The notes under the pieces were generated by a model. That model made no database searches. It was given only the letters and a program-made list of their open reading frames with translations, and was not told the DNA's origin. A DNA stretch of 64,000 nucleotides from Raja brachyura (lineage: Eukaryota): NCBI GenBank assembly GCA_963514005.1, contig OY740809.1, positions 26,412,001 through 26,476,000 on the forward strand, given 5' to 3'. Position 1 is the first letter of the stretch, and every line of letters begins with the position of its first letter. Made by a program: the position numbers and the translations under genes. Positions 38,603-52,625 of this stretch are shown here, piece after piece.

Positions 38603-40034
38603 TTTTGGGACAAAGACCCATCATTCATTTAATTGTACTCAATTTGAGATTTGTAATAGAAAAAAATCACATGTGGTTAACGTGCATACTGTCAGATTTT
38701 ATTAAAGGGTATTTTTGTACATTTTGGTTTCACCATGTAGAAATTACAGCTGTGTTTATACAGAGGTGTTTGGGACACATGGCTTCACAGGTGTTTGTAA
38801 TTGCCCAGGTGTGTTTAAATGCCTCCTTAATGCATGGATAAGAGAGCTCTCAGCACCTAGTCTTTCCTCCAGTCTTTCCATCACCTTTGGAAACTTTTAT
38901 TGCAGTTAATCCACATAAGGACCAAAGTTGTGCCAATGAAAGTCAAAGAAGCCATTACGAGACTGAGAACAAGAATAAAACTGTTCGAGACAACAGCCAA
39001 ACCTTAGGCTTACCAAAATCAACTGTTTGGAACATCATTAAAAAGAAAGAGAACTCTGGTGAGCTTATTAATCGCAAAGGTACTGGCAGGCCTAGGAAGA
39101 CCCCCACAGTTGATGACAGAAGAATTCTCTCTATAATAAAGAAAAATCCACAAACATCTCTCCGATGGATCAGAAACACTCTTCAGGAGTCAGGTGGGGA
39201 TATGTCAATGACTACTGTCTGCAGAAGACTTCATGAACAGAAATACAGAGGCTACACTGCAAGATGCAAACCACTGGTTAGTCGAAAAAATAGAATGGCC
39301 AGGTTACAGTTTGCCAAGAAGTATGTAAAAGAACAACCACAGATCAGGAAAAAGGTCTTGTGGACAGATGAGAGTAAGATTAACTCATATCAGAGTGATG
39401 GCAAGAGCAAAGTATGGAAGAGAAAAAGAACTGCCCAAGATCCAAGGCATACCACTTCATCTGCGAAACACGGTGGTGGGGGTGTAATGGCCTGGGCATG
39501 TATGGCTGCTGAAGGTACTGGCTCATTTATCTTCATTGATGATACAACTGCTGATGGTAGTAGCATAATGAAATATGAAGTGCATAGACACATCCTATCT
39601 GCCCAAGTTCAAACAAACGCCTCAAAACTCATTGGCCAGCGGTTCATTCTACAGCAAGACAATGATCCCAAACATACTGCTAAAGCAACAAAGGAGTTTT
39701 TCCAAAGCTAAAAAATGGTCAATTCTTGTGGCCAAGTCAATTACCCGATCTGAACCCAATTGAGCATGCCATTTATATGTTGACGATAAAACTGAAGGGG
39801 ACTAGCCCCAAAAACAAGCATAAGCTAAAGATGGCTACAATACAGGCCTAACAGAGCTTCACCAGAGAAGACACCTAGCAACTGGTGATGTCCATGAATC
39901 GCAGATTTCAAGCAGTCATTGCATGCAAAGGATGTGGCCATGTGATTTTTTTCTAATACAATTCTCACATTGTGGAGTACAGAGGCAAATAAATAAATAA
40001 TGGGTGTTTGTCCCAATCATTATGGAGGGCACTA
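38603..40034 (+). mobile_element. Tc1 (DD34E, IR/DR type) transposon with frameshifted transposase
   Basis: ORF 38887-39711 with HTH, GRPR, WTDESK and QQDNDPKH; PDLNPIE lies in another frame; right TIR ends GGAGGGCACTA-TA; left TIR lacks its outermost bases. Confidence 0.92.
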
Positions 40035-40129
40035 TATATATAGGCTCATCATAAACAAAATGGTCTTCCAATGCTTCAAGCTTTCATTAATTCACAACTA
40101 AATTTGCTAGGTTCCACAGGAATATTTCA

Positions 40130-40360
<231 letters not shown>

Positions 40361-40924
40361 TTATAATCTGACTAAAATACCACTGCAAAAATAAAACAGT
40401 TGCTTCTGAGTGAATCATGTTGAAGTGAATCATGTTGAAACATCCTCCCTTATAACCTGCTGGAAGAATGTACTGCCATTTTATTTGTCTATAAAATGTA
40501 TCTCACCGCAAGCTTTACTCACTAAACTCGTTTCCTTTATGAAAAACTGGAAGCATCTCCTAGCTCCTGGAGTCAGTGTTTTTAGGACAATACTTAGTAG
40601 ATTAAACCACTCACATTGTAATTAGTCTCTCTGATGTAATATAGTAATATGAGCTGCTGCTCAATGTCTAAAATCTGAGAAACAACGATTAAAACTGTTC
40701 CAACCTCATCTTTCACCTCATGAGCACTTAGCTGGTATCTTCCTGACTGCTTCCTATTCCAGAGCTTCAAATGGTGTTGGTTTACAGAGCCCCTTTGAAG
40801 CAGATGATATGGCTACAAAAGAAAGCCATGCTACACTACAACGGTGTCCATCAAAATACTTGGAATTGCCCCAACAAGCTTGAGCCAACCTTGAGTATAT
40901 AATTTTTGTTATGTGATTAGTCTA

Positions 40925-41200
40925 AAAGAAAGAAAGACTTGCATTTATATGCTGCTTTCCAGGACCTCCGAGTGCTGAAAGCACCTCATAATCAATAAAG
41001 AACTTCTTAAAAATGGTTGCAGTCTTCATGTTGATAACCGCAACACCCAATTTGAATATACCAAAGTCCGATAGGAAGGAGAGCACTAGTAACTATATAA
41101 TTATGTTGGTTGAGGATAAATATTGGTCAGGCCATCAGGGAGAATATTCCTTCTCCATTTTTAAACTGGGCCATAGGATGTTTTAAATTCACAAATCAGG
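40925..41200 (-). mobile_element. Old Deu-domain SINE-like fragment (SacSINE1/AmnSINE-like)
   Basis: Minus-strand tail atataaatgcaagtctttcttt and core gaccaatatttatcctcaaccaacat; related copy at about 53040-53360 (+); family recalled from memory. Confidence 0.45.
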
Positions 41201-41574
41201 GCCCATAAATGCTAAAGTATGGTATCAATTCCCTAAATGTTGTACATTTGGAAAATCAGGATAGGTTGCTTTATTGGTCATCAAGTAATTCTAAACAGTA
41301 CGGAAATTCTGTTTTAAAATTCTAATATAAACTTTCTAGTGTAATAATGTTTTCTTCATTGCTTAATGAACCAAGATTAATTAGTAACCTTACACAAAAC
41401 TGCAGTTATAATCTGAAATAATTGAATGTTATACTTAATTTAAGACAAACATGAATGGTGTTCAAATCTCGACTTAAATTAAAACGAAACCAACTACATG
41501 GATATGTCTAAGGCACCTAGAAATCAGATTAATAGATACAATGGCAAGAATAACATCTTCCAGGAAAAGTGATC

Positions 41575-43095
41575 GAATGATTGGCTTTCTTCACTGCCTG
41601 CTGTACATGCATGCTTATTTTCAGTGACTGATGTACAAGCACGCCCAGGTCTGGTTGCACCTTCTCCTAATCGGACACCATTCAGATAATAATCTGCCTT
41701 CCTGTTCTTACCACCAAAGCGGATATCTTCATCTTTATCCACATTGTACTGCATCTGCCATACTTCTGCCCACTCGCCCAACCTATCCAAGTCACCCTGT
41801 AGCCTCATGGCATCCTCCTCACAGCTCACATTGCCACCCAGCTTTGTGTCATCCGCAAACATAGAGTAGAGTTACATGTAATTCCCTTGTCTAAATCGTT
41901 AATATATATTGTAAACTAATATTAGACTAGGTAGATACAGCCTCAATGAGACCACACTTGGAAATTATAGAAACATAGAAAATAGGTGCAGGAGGCGGCC
42001 ATTCGAGCCAGAACTGCCATTCATTGTGATCATGGCTGATCGTCCTCTATCAATAACCCGTGCCTGCTTTCTCCCCATATCCCTTGACTCCACTAGCCCC
42101 TAGAGCTCTATCTAACTCTCTCTTAAATCCATCCAGTGATTTGGCCTCCACTGCCCTCTGTGGCAGGGAATTCCATAAATTCACAACTCTCTGGGAGAAA
42201 AGGTTTCTTCTCACCTCAGTCTTAAATTTCCTCCCCTGTATTCTAAGACTGTGACCCCTGGTTCTGGACTCGCCCAACATTCGGAACATTTTTCCTGCAT
42301 CTAGCTTGTCCAGTCCTTTTATAATTGTATATGTTTCTATAAGATCCCCCCTCATCCTTCTAAACGCCAGTGAATACAAGCCTAGTCTTTGCAATCTTTC
42401 CTCATATGACAGTCCCACCATCTCAGGGATCAATCTCGTGAACCTACGCTGCACTGTCTCAATCACAAGGATGTCCTTCCTCAAATTAGGAGACCAAAAC
42501 TGTACACAATACTCCAGATGTGGTCTCACCAGAGCCCTATACAACTGCAGAAGAATCTCTCTACTCCTATACTGAAATCCTCTTGTTATGAAGGCCAACA
42601 TTCCTTGGCTTTTTTCACTGCCTGCTGTGAAGGACACCCAGGTCTCGCTGTGCCTCCCCTTACCTAACCACGTTGAGATAATAATCTGCCCCCTTGTTTT
42701 TGCCGCCCAAGTGGATAACCTTACATTTATCTATATTATACTGCATCTGCCACGCATCTGCCCACTCACTCAACCTGTCCAGGTCACCCTGCAACCTCCT
42801 AACATCCTCTTCACAGTTCACACTGCCACCCAGCTTTGTGTCATCCGCAAACTTGCTAGTGTTGCTCCTAATTCCCTCTTCCATATCATTAATATATATG
42901 GTAAACAGTTCTGGCCCCAACACCGAGCCTTGCGGCACTCCACTCACCGCTGCCTGCCATTCTGAAAAGGACCCGTTCCTTGCTTCCGGTCTGCCAACTA
43001 ATTTTCTATCCATGTCAACACCCTACCCCCAATACCATGTGCTCTAATTTTAGTCACCAGTCTCCCGTGCGGGACCATATCAAAGGCTTTCTGAA
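41575..43095 (-). mobile_element. Two CR1 LINE fragments (RT and C-terminal region)
   Basis: SGVPQGSVLGPELFTIYIND, FADDTKLGG, VRPHLEYCVQFWSP, LWNSLPQRAVEA. Confidence 0.92.
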
Positions 43096-45249
43096 ATTGT
43101 ATAGCTTTTATCTCCTTCTCTTAAAAAGGATTTGCAATTGAGGAGAGTTCAACAAAGATTCATTCAACTGGGTCCTGGAATAGAATGGTGAGCTTGAGGA
43201 ATGAGGACGCATTAAATAGTCAAGGCCTGTACACTCAAGAGTTAAAGAGAATGAAATGAGATTGAAACCTACAAATTCTTGCTGGACTTGAACAAAAGAG
43301 GAGGATGATTCTCCTGGCTGAGTTGGCTGGAACCAAGAGTCACAGTGCTCATAAGCCTTTTATAACTGAGATGGGTTTTATTTTCACATGAGTTTTGGTG
43401 AATCTATGGAATTCTCTACCTTGGATGTTTGGAAGACTTTCATTCAGTTCATTCAAAACAGATTTTGGGGGATTAATGGAATTAGGCGACTTAATACAGG
43501 AAAAGATCATTGATAAGTTGGATGAGATGGGTTGAAGGGGGTGGTGTTGTGCTATGTAACTCCACGATTTTATGACATACAGTAATAGCCGTTATCTTAG
43601 TGAATCATAGGGGAGAAAATAGAAATAATCCATTTCTTTGAAATAATTAAAACATTGTATATACATGATTGCCCTTCACCTGTACCTGATAATTACAATG
43701 TCATAAAGTAATAAAGGGATTTGTCAAATACAACTATTTAAGTTGTTAAGCCGACCACTATTTAAACAGTTTCTGATTTTATCAAGTACTGAGTTGGTGG
43801 AAGCAAACTTAGAAACAGTAGGTAAAAAGTCATGGGTGTTGCACAGAATGGCAATTTGGGTAAAAATGAACTGAGTGGGATTGAAAGAGACAGAAACAGC
43901 ATTCTTTCTCCCACCTCTGCCTCATTCCATTGGCCTCTGCCTGTCTACCAACCAGAGCAGATTGCTGTCACTCGTGCTAGAATGCTATATGATCATTCCT
44001 CGGTCCCCTGTGCTCCAAAGAATAAAGTCATAGCCTGTCTAACCACTCCCTGTAACTCAGGCCCTCAGGTCCTGGCAACATCCTTGTCAATGTTCCTATG
44101 CATAATGACATATTTCCTGCAGCGTGGTGAACAAAACTCAACACAATACTCCAGGTGCAGCCTAGCTCACATCTCATACAACTGTAACATTAAGTCACAA
44201 CTTCTATATGCATATCCTTGACCAATGGAGATCAGTGTGGCAAAGCCTTCTTCACTATCCTATCTATCTGCAATGTTACTTTCAGTGAACTATGTACTTA
44301 TATTCCTAGGTCCTTCTGTTCACAACACTCCTTAGGGCCCTACCATCCACTGTGAAGATCCTGCCCTGGTTTAACTTTCAAAAAATGCAACACTGTACAC
44401 TTGCCTGAATGAAACTCAATATGCCATTCCTCAGCTCACTATTTACTTATATAGGGTATCTGTTACTTAAAACATAAAATAGCACGACTATGGAAAGACA
44501 AAGGGAAGTGAAACAAAAATCTGTTGAACCCTTGTATGCTTATGATATACATAGTTGTTTTTCTTATTTAGTGCTAGGTTTTAATCCAATCAGCTGTAAT
44601 TTCTTATTTTTTTCTAATAATTACTGTTTTAGTTTTTCCTCCTGAGGTCTTAAAATGTTTTAATGGTCACTTGGCAATATTTGAAATGAGTTCTCCCAAG
44701 TTTCTTTGCAAGATTAGTCCTCTAATCTCTAAAACTAAATTATTTAGGCATTCTTATGAGAGCATACTGTACACAAAATAAATGCTACATTTCTTATACA
44801 ACAGAAACTATATCAGAAATACTTAAAAGGCTATAAAATGCATTGTAACATCCTGAGATTTTGAAAAGTGCTGAATTAAGGCATTCCACCATGTTGGTTC
44901 CCTCTTAAAAGAATTCCATGAGGTTACTTAAGCATGATTGCCTCTTTTTAATTCTAAGCTGCTTCCAAATACTCTAATTGCATGATATCACAATCCAGAT
45001 AACAGCAGGGCAATTAGGAAAAGTCGGAGGATCAACCTGCAGATTTTCCAAAGGATGAATTAGAGAGATGGCAGAAGAAATCATTTATGGTCCTGTTTAG
45101 TTACGAAAATTGTTTTTTGAGTCACAGATTGAAAGGACTTTTATAGAAGTCTATAAATATATCTGATTGCAAGGCATGCTACTGAACTATGTGAAGTTCC
45201 TGAACAAATATGTTATCAATGAATTGATAACACACGCAAACAAGTTACG

Positions 45250-48030
45250 GCTTATCCATCCCTCTTCGAGCACCTGCCGAATGGTAAATCTTAAATATTG
45301 TGCGCGTCGGCGATGTGTGTGTGTTTGTGGGTGTATGTCACATTCCATTTTTTTTTCAGATAAGAATTTTCGCCTTTGATTCCATGGTTCGCCAAAACCA
45401 CATGCTCGAACTCCGTTATTTTTTCCATTTCACTAGCGATTTCGCTTGTACATTCACGGATTTACTCCTCATTACATTTAGACATTTTTGGTACACATTT
45501 TAAAATAAAATACTCCCCTCCACACACACTCATTTTAAAATCGAAACGGCACCTCACAAGCTGCTTACGTCACAATCCCACATGCCGACCAATCCCAAGC
45601 CGCTTCTCTCTCTTCATTTGCCAGCCCGGCTCCCCCCCCTCCCTCCCTCCTCAAACTACGCAGCTGGACTCGCCCGAGCGCTCCAACCCCCCCCCTCCAA
45701 CTATGCTCGTACCGCGCCTCCCGCAGCTGGAATCGCCCGCGTGCGCGCCGGCTTCAAACCCCTCCCCATTCTCAAAATGCTCTGCCGATCGGGAGGAGAG
45801 ATAAAGCGTCAGTTCTGCAAAGCTGGCGCAGCTCGCGAAACCCCGCCCGCCTGCGCGCCCCTCCCGTCAACTGCACGCTCCGGAGAGTCACAAGCAGGAC
45901 CTTTGGTCAGAAGCCCACAGCTCCACTCTCACGCCGGCATGCTCTGCAGATCGGGAGATGAGATAAGGCGACGGGCGGGCGGGGTAAGGCCCGATCCTGG
46001 GGAGGTGAAGAGGGGGAGTCGGGGGATTGAGGGAGAGGAGGGAGTAGGGAGGGAGAGGGGGGAATGTAGGTGAGGAGGGAAAGTGTGGGAATTGAGGGAG
46101 AGTGGGGGTGATAGGGAGTGGGGAATAGATGAACTGCCCCCACACCTCTCCCCCTCCCTCCCTCCCCACTCTTCCCCCTCTCTTCCCCTACCCCTCACAC
46201 CCTCTCTCCCCACCCCATCTCCTCCTCTCCCCGCCCTTCCCTCCCTCCCCTCTCAGCCCCCTCTCTCCCTCTCTCCTCCCATCTCTCTCACCCCTCCTCC
46301 CCCACCCTCCCCCCTCACCCACCCTCCCTCACCCACCCTCCCTCACCTACCCTCCCTCTCCTCCTCCCCTCCACCCCCTCTCCCTCTGTCTCTTACCCAT
46401 GTCTCTGCCCCTTTCTCTTTGTCTCTCCTCATTCTCTCTCTGCTCTCACTCTCAACCCTCCCTCTCTCTTCCCCACTCTCTCTCTCTCCTCCTCTCTCCC
46501 TCCCTCCCCCCTCTCTCTCTCCCTCCCCCTCGCTCTCTCTNNNNNNNNNNNNNNNNNNNNNNNNNNNNNNNNNNNNNNNNNNNNNNNNNNNNNNNNNNNN
46601 NNNNNNNNNNNNNNNNNNNNNNNNNNNNNNNNNNNNNNNNNNNNNNNNNNNNNNNNNNNNNNNNNNNNNNNNNNNAAATCCCCTTCCCTCCACACCCTCC
46701 CCTACCCCCTTCCCTCCACCCTCCCTTCCCCCCACCTCTCCCCCTCCCTTCCCCCCACCTCTCTCTCCTCCCCCCTCCTCCCACCCCCATCCCTCTCTCC
46801 CCCACCCCCCTTTCCCCTCCCCCTCCCTCCACACTCTTCCCCCTCTCTCCCCAACCCCATCTCCCTCCTCCCCTCCCCCACACCTCTCTCCCCTCCCCTC
46901 CCATGCCCCACTCTCCTCCCTCCCTCTCCCTCTCCTCTCCCTCCTCCTCCCACCCCATCCCTCTCTCCCCCACCCCCTTCCCCTCTCCTCACCCTACTTC
47001 ATTCTTCCCACCCCCCTTCCCTCTCTCCCCGCCCCCTTCCCCCTCCACCTCCCTCTATCCCACTTACACCACTCCCCCCTACCCCTCCCTCCCCACTCTT
47101 TCATTTCTCTCCCCCTTCCCCCACCACTCTCCCTCCCCACCTCTCTCCCTCGCCCACCCTCTCTCTCCCCTTTCCCTTACCCCTCTCTCCCTCTTCCACT
47201 ACTCCCCCCTCCCCCCTCCATCTCTCCCACTTCCACCACTCCCCCCTACTCCTCTCCCCACTCTTCCACTTCTCTCCCCCCAAGCAGCCTGGTGGGAAGG
47301 TTGCTGCCGCGGGCCAAGCCCAGTGACTGGGCCTGGGCTGGAGCCGAGCCTGGAGCTGGAGTGAGGGGGAGCCCAGAGCTGGAGTGAGGGCCGAGCCTGG
47401 GGCTTAGGATGGGGCCGAAAAAGAAGCCGCCGGTGAAACCAAGGACGAGCCTGGGTCCAGGGTCAGGGACGGTGAAGTCGGAACCTGCACTGGAGCCCAG
47501 GCGGAGGGGTTGGAGAGGCAGGGGAGGGGCTGTGCTGACGACTGGAGGCTGCCGCTGGAACCAAGGACGAGCCTGGGTCGACAGCCAGGGCCGGGCCGAG
47601 TACAAGAACCGTGCCAAGTTCCAGGCCCTGGTGCTGCTCTACGTCCTGGATAGGTCCTGGGGCAGGGAATGGGAGTGAGGGGAGGAGGATGAGGGAAATG
47701 AGAAGGAGGGAGATTGGGTAGGGTCTCTACCCCCCTCCCTCTCTGCCCCTCTCCCTCTCTACACCCTCCCTCTCTACACCCCTGCCTCTCCAACCCCTTC
47801 CTCTCTACCCCCCTCCCCATCCCTCTTTATCCTCTCCCTCTCTAAACCCCTCCCTCTCGACCCCCCCCCCTCCCTACCCTCTCTAGGGAGTGGTGACTAT
47901 TGGGACCTATGGGTGAGTGGTGGAATATTGCGTTTAGGCACGAGTCCTTCCCTGTAACGCCGTGCCTCTCGCCCCCCCCCCCCCCCCCCCACATTGGGTG
48001 GCGGGACCCAATGGGTCCCACTTGGTCTAG
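45250..48030 (+). mobile_element. Probable non-autonomous Helitron (5' boundary approximate)
   Basis: 3' hairpin GGGACCCA-A-TGGGTCCC (48003-48019), then ACTTGGT-CTAG|T; CpG-rich body sharply distinct from the AT-rich flanks. Confidence 0.6.
46135..47280. repeat. Polypyrimidine (C/T) low-complexity tract containing a 135-N assembly gap (46541-46675)
   Basis: Directly visible. Confidence 0.95.
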
Positions 48031-50015
48031 TTTACTATAAAATGAGCTAGCCTAATTCTAGTGTCAGTTGGCTCTAATCATGTGATAACAACCCATATCA
48101 TTACAGTAGTCTAAGTGACAAAGTGATATTCACAAAATTGGAACATCAGCCATTTTGCAGTGAATAGAGCAAAATTAAATGTAAGATATTTAAACAAAGC
48201 TTCTTCACACAGTTCAACAAAAGAATATTGTGAATGTATGAATGCACTTAAGATTTTAGTGTTGGAGGCCAGAACAATGGAGAGATGTTATCTGATAGTT
48301 GAGGCAAGAATCAAGAGCCTCTAACATTATCACTTTGGGACTAATGTTATTTAAATTCACCAGTCTTAATTATTTCAATGCCAGCTGCCTGATCGGAACG
48401 GATGGACAGAGCTATGCACCCAAACTCCACCAGTACCAGCTTGCTCTCCCGCCAGTCTCAATCTGAAACATCAACAATTCCTTTCCTTTCTCTGATGCTG
48501 CTCAGCTCATTGAGTTTCTCCAACAGTTTTTTAATATATACCTTCCAACTGCCTGGATTCCAAAGTCAGGTGACTCTGGCTATCACCATGTAACCAATGT
48601 GATGTAGGGTAGGGGAATGTGTCTCCGAGTGTTGTACGGATCTTCAAATGGCTTGGCGAGCATTGCAAACCTTAGTTGAAAGTCAGGAGGGGGTAAGTGA
48701 AGGAAATGTAGCAAAATGTGAACACAATATTCAAGGCAAATCGACATTCAAGAATGACAGCAAAAAGGAAAAGGAGGGGAAGTAGTGCAGTTAAAAAGAG
48801 AGAATATCAGCATAATAGCTTGAGAAGGTTTTTTTTTACTTGGCAGAATTAAAATTGGTTTGAGTGTCTGTAGAAGCAGCAGGGGATCATTGATGGCAAT
48901 TACTTATTAACCTCTGAATAGTAATCATAAGGAATTAACTTAATACTTTTGCCTGACATAGGAAATGGCAACACATATTTCCCAGAAATACTGGAGAGTC
49001 CTGTGCAAATGAGAAAGTAAAAGTTAGTAATCATAAAGAAAATGTTAGAGATGTTAAAGAACCTGATAACTGATAAATCTCAGGACCCCATGATCTACAT
49101 CCCAGAGGTCTGAAAGAGATGCCAGTGGAGATGATGTATTGTCTGACGTTCTACAGATTCTGGATTTCTGCAGATTAGAATGTAGCAAATGTGACCCCAC
49201 TATTAAGAAAAGTGAAAGTGAGGAAACAAGGATTGTACCATCAAAGTTGAAAAAATGCTGGAATCCATAATAAAGGGTGTTATATCAAGACACTTAAATC
49301 AATTGATTGAGCAGAATTAACATGAATTTATGAGAGTAAAATTATTGTTGATTACCTTCAGGAATTGTTTGGTGGACATGGAGCCAAATTGTTTTTGTGT
49401 TGTACCTTCAATGCGTGTATGTGCAAAATGTGCTATTTGTGAATTAACAGAACTGTTTAATGAAAAACAAAAATCACATCACTATTGATCCTATCAACTC
49501 ACAGGTATGTGGGTGTTTTCACAGAAAAGAGTTTCACAGAACATGCAAGTGTAACATCGATTAGTGCAGAAATGTGAGAGAATAATCTGATTTTTAAATT
49601 TCAGCAGGGTCTGACCTAATATGGCCCTTCTATGAATTACAATTGGAACATATTTGCAATTTAAACTTGGACCTGAGGTATTTGCATGCTAACATAAAGC
49701 ACTGTGCCATCTAATTTTTTTCAGAGGCTGAAAAACACTTTAACTTCGTTAAAAAGCCTTAGAAGTTAAAATAATCTTCCTCAATTTCTGAATCAGTGGA
49801 TGAATTTCCAATTTGCCTTTGTTGCACATGCAAAGCATGCCATTAGCCAAAACAGCACTTGTACTAATATCATTCATCATTATTCTTTAAATAGCAATTC
49901 TTGGTCAGGTCAGATTTTATTAAAATGGTTTCTTCTATGTAAGATATGTAGGCAATGGCTGAATTTTGGAAATTAAACCATGGAATCTAAGAGTGTTAAT
50001 AAAATTGTAGAACTA

Positions 50016-50150
<135 letters not shown>

Positions 50151-51049
50151 CTAGAAATCCAGCTGCATGCTATAATAATAGGAAGGGGTGATAAAATCCT
50201 CTAGGCACATTCGAAAACCTTAAGTCTATGTTTAATGAAGCTGCCTCTTGCATGCAGCATTTTCAAAGAGCAGTTATAGTGAAAAGATATTAGAAAACTA
50301 CATGTACAGGCATGTGCCTTATGAAAGCTTTGCTGTTGAGCCACATGCCCCTTCCAGATGTGCAGGGTAGCCTGCAAATACTTTGCTCCAACCAAAATTG
50401 CCTCTCTGTGAAGCTGTGATGCAGAAGGCGTTTCATGCAACCTCTTTTGTCAGACATCTATCTTCTGTTGTTCACCCATTTGTCATCCGATGCACTTGGA
50501 ACCACTTGTTTTTAGCAATTAAAAAAAACCCATTTCTGACAAGTTAAGTCTTAGAAGCAACCTACTACATCTACTTTGGGATATTGTCACTTAGATCTTT
50601 AAAAAACATTCAATTTGAGTGGTACTTTGTTCTTCTACGTATGAAAATGCCAATTGTTAGTAATACCAATATTATCCAAAGCATCCAAAACAAAATTTGG
50701 ATGCTACTCTTGAGATTATTTTGAAAGTAGAAAAGTTGCACTATACAAGAACATTTTGCATCAAGAAAAGGTAATTGGAAACTCAATGGAGTAGTGCTTT
50801 CAGAAATTCTATTCTAGATGCCATATGAAAGATGTATACTTGCACAGGGGCTGCATGTTTAAATAGTGTTAATCAGTTGCAAGACAAGATTGAAATCAGA
50901 CTTGCAATTTTATCCTTTGAATATGTGAAACACCAAAAGCAAAACTGCAGTAGCAAGTGTTACACAGAGAGTGAAGGTTTGCTGCTGCATCACTTAAAGT
51001 GACCAATCCTGTCCAAACCATTGTAACCACCAGGATGGTTCCTGAGAAT

Positions 51050-51186
51050 TGTATGAAGGAACTGTAGATGCTGGTTTAAACCAAAGATAAATACAAAATG
51101 CTGGAGTAACTCAGCGGGACAGGCAGCATCTATGGAGAGAAGGAATGGGTGACATTTCGAGTCGAGACCCTTCTTCAGACTGACGT

Positions 51187-51223
<37 letters not shown>

Positions 51224-51355
51224 GTAGATAGATAAGGAAGTGTGAAGGTGTGAATACAGGGCAAAGGGAATGGAGATCAAGGAAAATGTAGAATAGTTCA
51301 TTGTTAGCTGGGAGAAGGTAACAACCATGCAGAGATAAAATGTAGTTGGAGACCA
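51050..51355 (-). mobile_element. Penelope-like terminal repeat (left arm of an inverted pair)
   Basis: Minus-strand core CTGAAGA-AGGGTC-TC-GACTC-GAAATGTC at 51151-51178; inverted partner at 52626-52950. Confidence 0.75.
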
Positions 51356-51358
51356 TTA

Positions 51359-52397
51359 AGTAGCAATGTTACAAAATTTTGAGATTTTAAAAATCAAGTC
51401 TACAATTTATCCCATCAGATAAAGCATAAAAAGAAGTTTAATTTGACACCTAAATTACTTTCATATCTTCAGTATTAAGAAAGTTATGGCCATTTTCATA
51501 CTCGGAAATGAGCATCTTGCTTCCCATTGCCTTTCAATTGACTTAACTCAAAAGCTGTGATCTGGAAAAGTTAAATGTCCATAACATTCTTAAAAATTAA
51601 GAGAACTCAATGACATTTTCAGTTATTATAGATTGAAGCATTCTGAAACAAATATTAAACAATCTTACTTGGATTACCTGAAATTAAAGCATATAATTAG
51701 TTAGTTATCTAATTGTAGCTAATTACAAAATTCAATGAGTAGATCTAAACATCTATCCATTTCTTAAGAAAAGATAAACTTTTTTTAAATTGCCTAAGTG
51801 TCCAAATAACATTCACACAATAATCCACAATATAACATAATTTTTAAATCTAATTTTCATGAATTTCTGGGCCAAATGGAAGGAATTTAGTGTTTTATGC
51901 TGTAAATTAATGGCCATTTAAATCAACTAGCGAGTGGGTTTTAGTGCAATGCGGTGGATTAGAACGTTGCGGTTAGCGGTGAAGTCGGGGGGGAAAAATA
52001 CTGGGGGTTCATACATTTTTAGGGGAACCCATTTCGCAACATAAAAATATTATTAATGCCTCCCGAAAAACCAACTTTTAATATAAAACTAAAGTATTTA
52101 CCTTTTTTTCTTCCCTACGCAAAATGCTTCCGGTTGTCTGCGGTCACGGCTTTTGAAGGTGATTTTTAAATTACTCTAGTTAATAAATAATCTAGAGTAA
52201 TTTAAAAATACCACCATTCATTAAATGTCGGAGCGATTTTTCTTCAGCAACCAAATCGCCCGACATTCATCGATTTGTCCTGCCTGTTGAAAAACGGCAC
52301 TTTAAGTCCGCCCCCCTCTGCAAGGCGCGAAAGTCGCGCACACGGGGAGCGGCAGAAGTGCAGCGCCGGTAAAGGTAAGTTTTGTAACATACCTACA
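51359..52397. mobile_element. ~1-kb non-autonomous DNA transposon, probably PIF/Harbinger-like
   Basis: Imperfect TIR AGTAGCAATGTTACAAAA / TTTTGTAACATACCTACA; TTA on both sides; second inverted copy at about 58850-59776. Confidence 0.7.
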
Positions 52398-52400
52398 TTA

Positions 52401-52625
52401 AGGGCCTGTCCCACTTGGCGATTTTTTCGGCAACTGTGGGCATCACTGACTGACATATCAGGTCACAGAAGAATTTGCGGCTTTATGACGTTTGACGCGC
52501 GGTGTTATTTCAAGCGTCGCAACATTTTTTTTGTCGCCGCTGGATTTTGTAATGTTCAAATTCTTTAAGCAACGCTGATATGATGCCGGCAGTCGCCAAA
52601 AAAAATCGCTAAGTGGGACAACCCT
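52401..52625. mobile_element. Harbinger-type MITE related to 2343-2663
   Basis: AGGGCCTGTCCCACTTGGCGATTTTTT ... AAAAAAATCGCTAAGTGGGACAACCCT. Confidence 0.75.

Noticed and set aside
38887-39711. Functional or domesticated transposase gene
   Set aside because: Frameshifts remove the native N-terminus and the third catalytic residue (PDLNPIE) from the ORF.
45888-47387. Long Pro/Ser/Leu- or Gly/Glu/Arg-rich ORFs (up to 434 aa)
   Set aside because: Artefacts of a C/T low-complexity tract and a 135-N gap; open in several frames on both strands.
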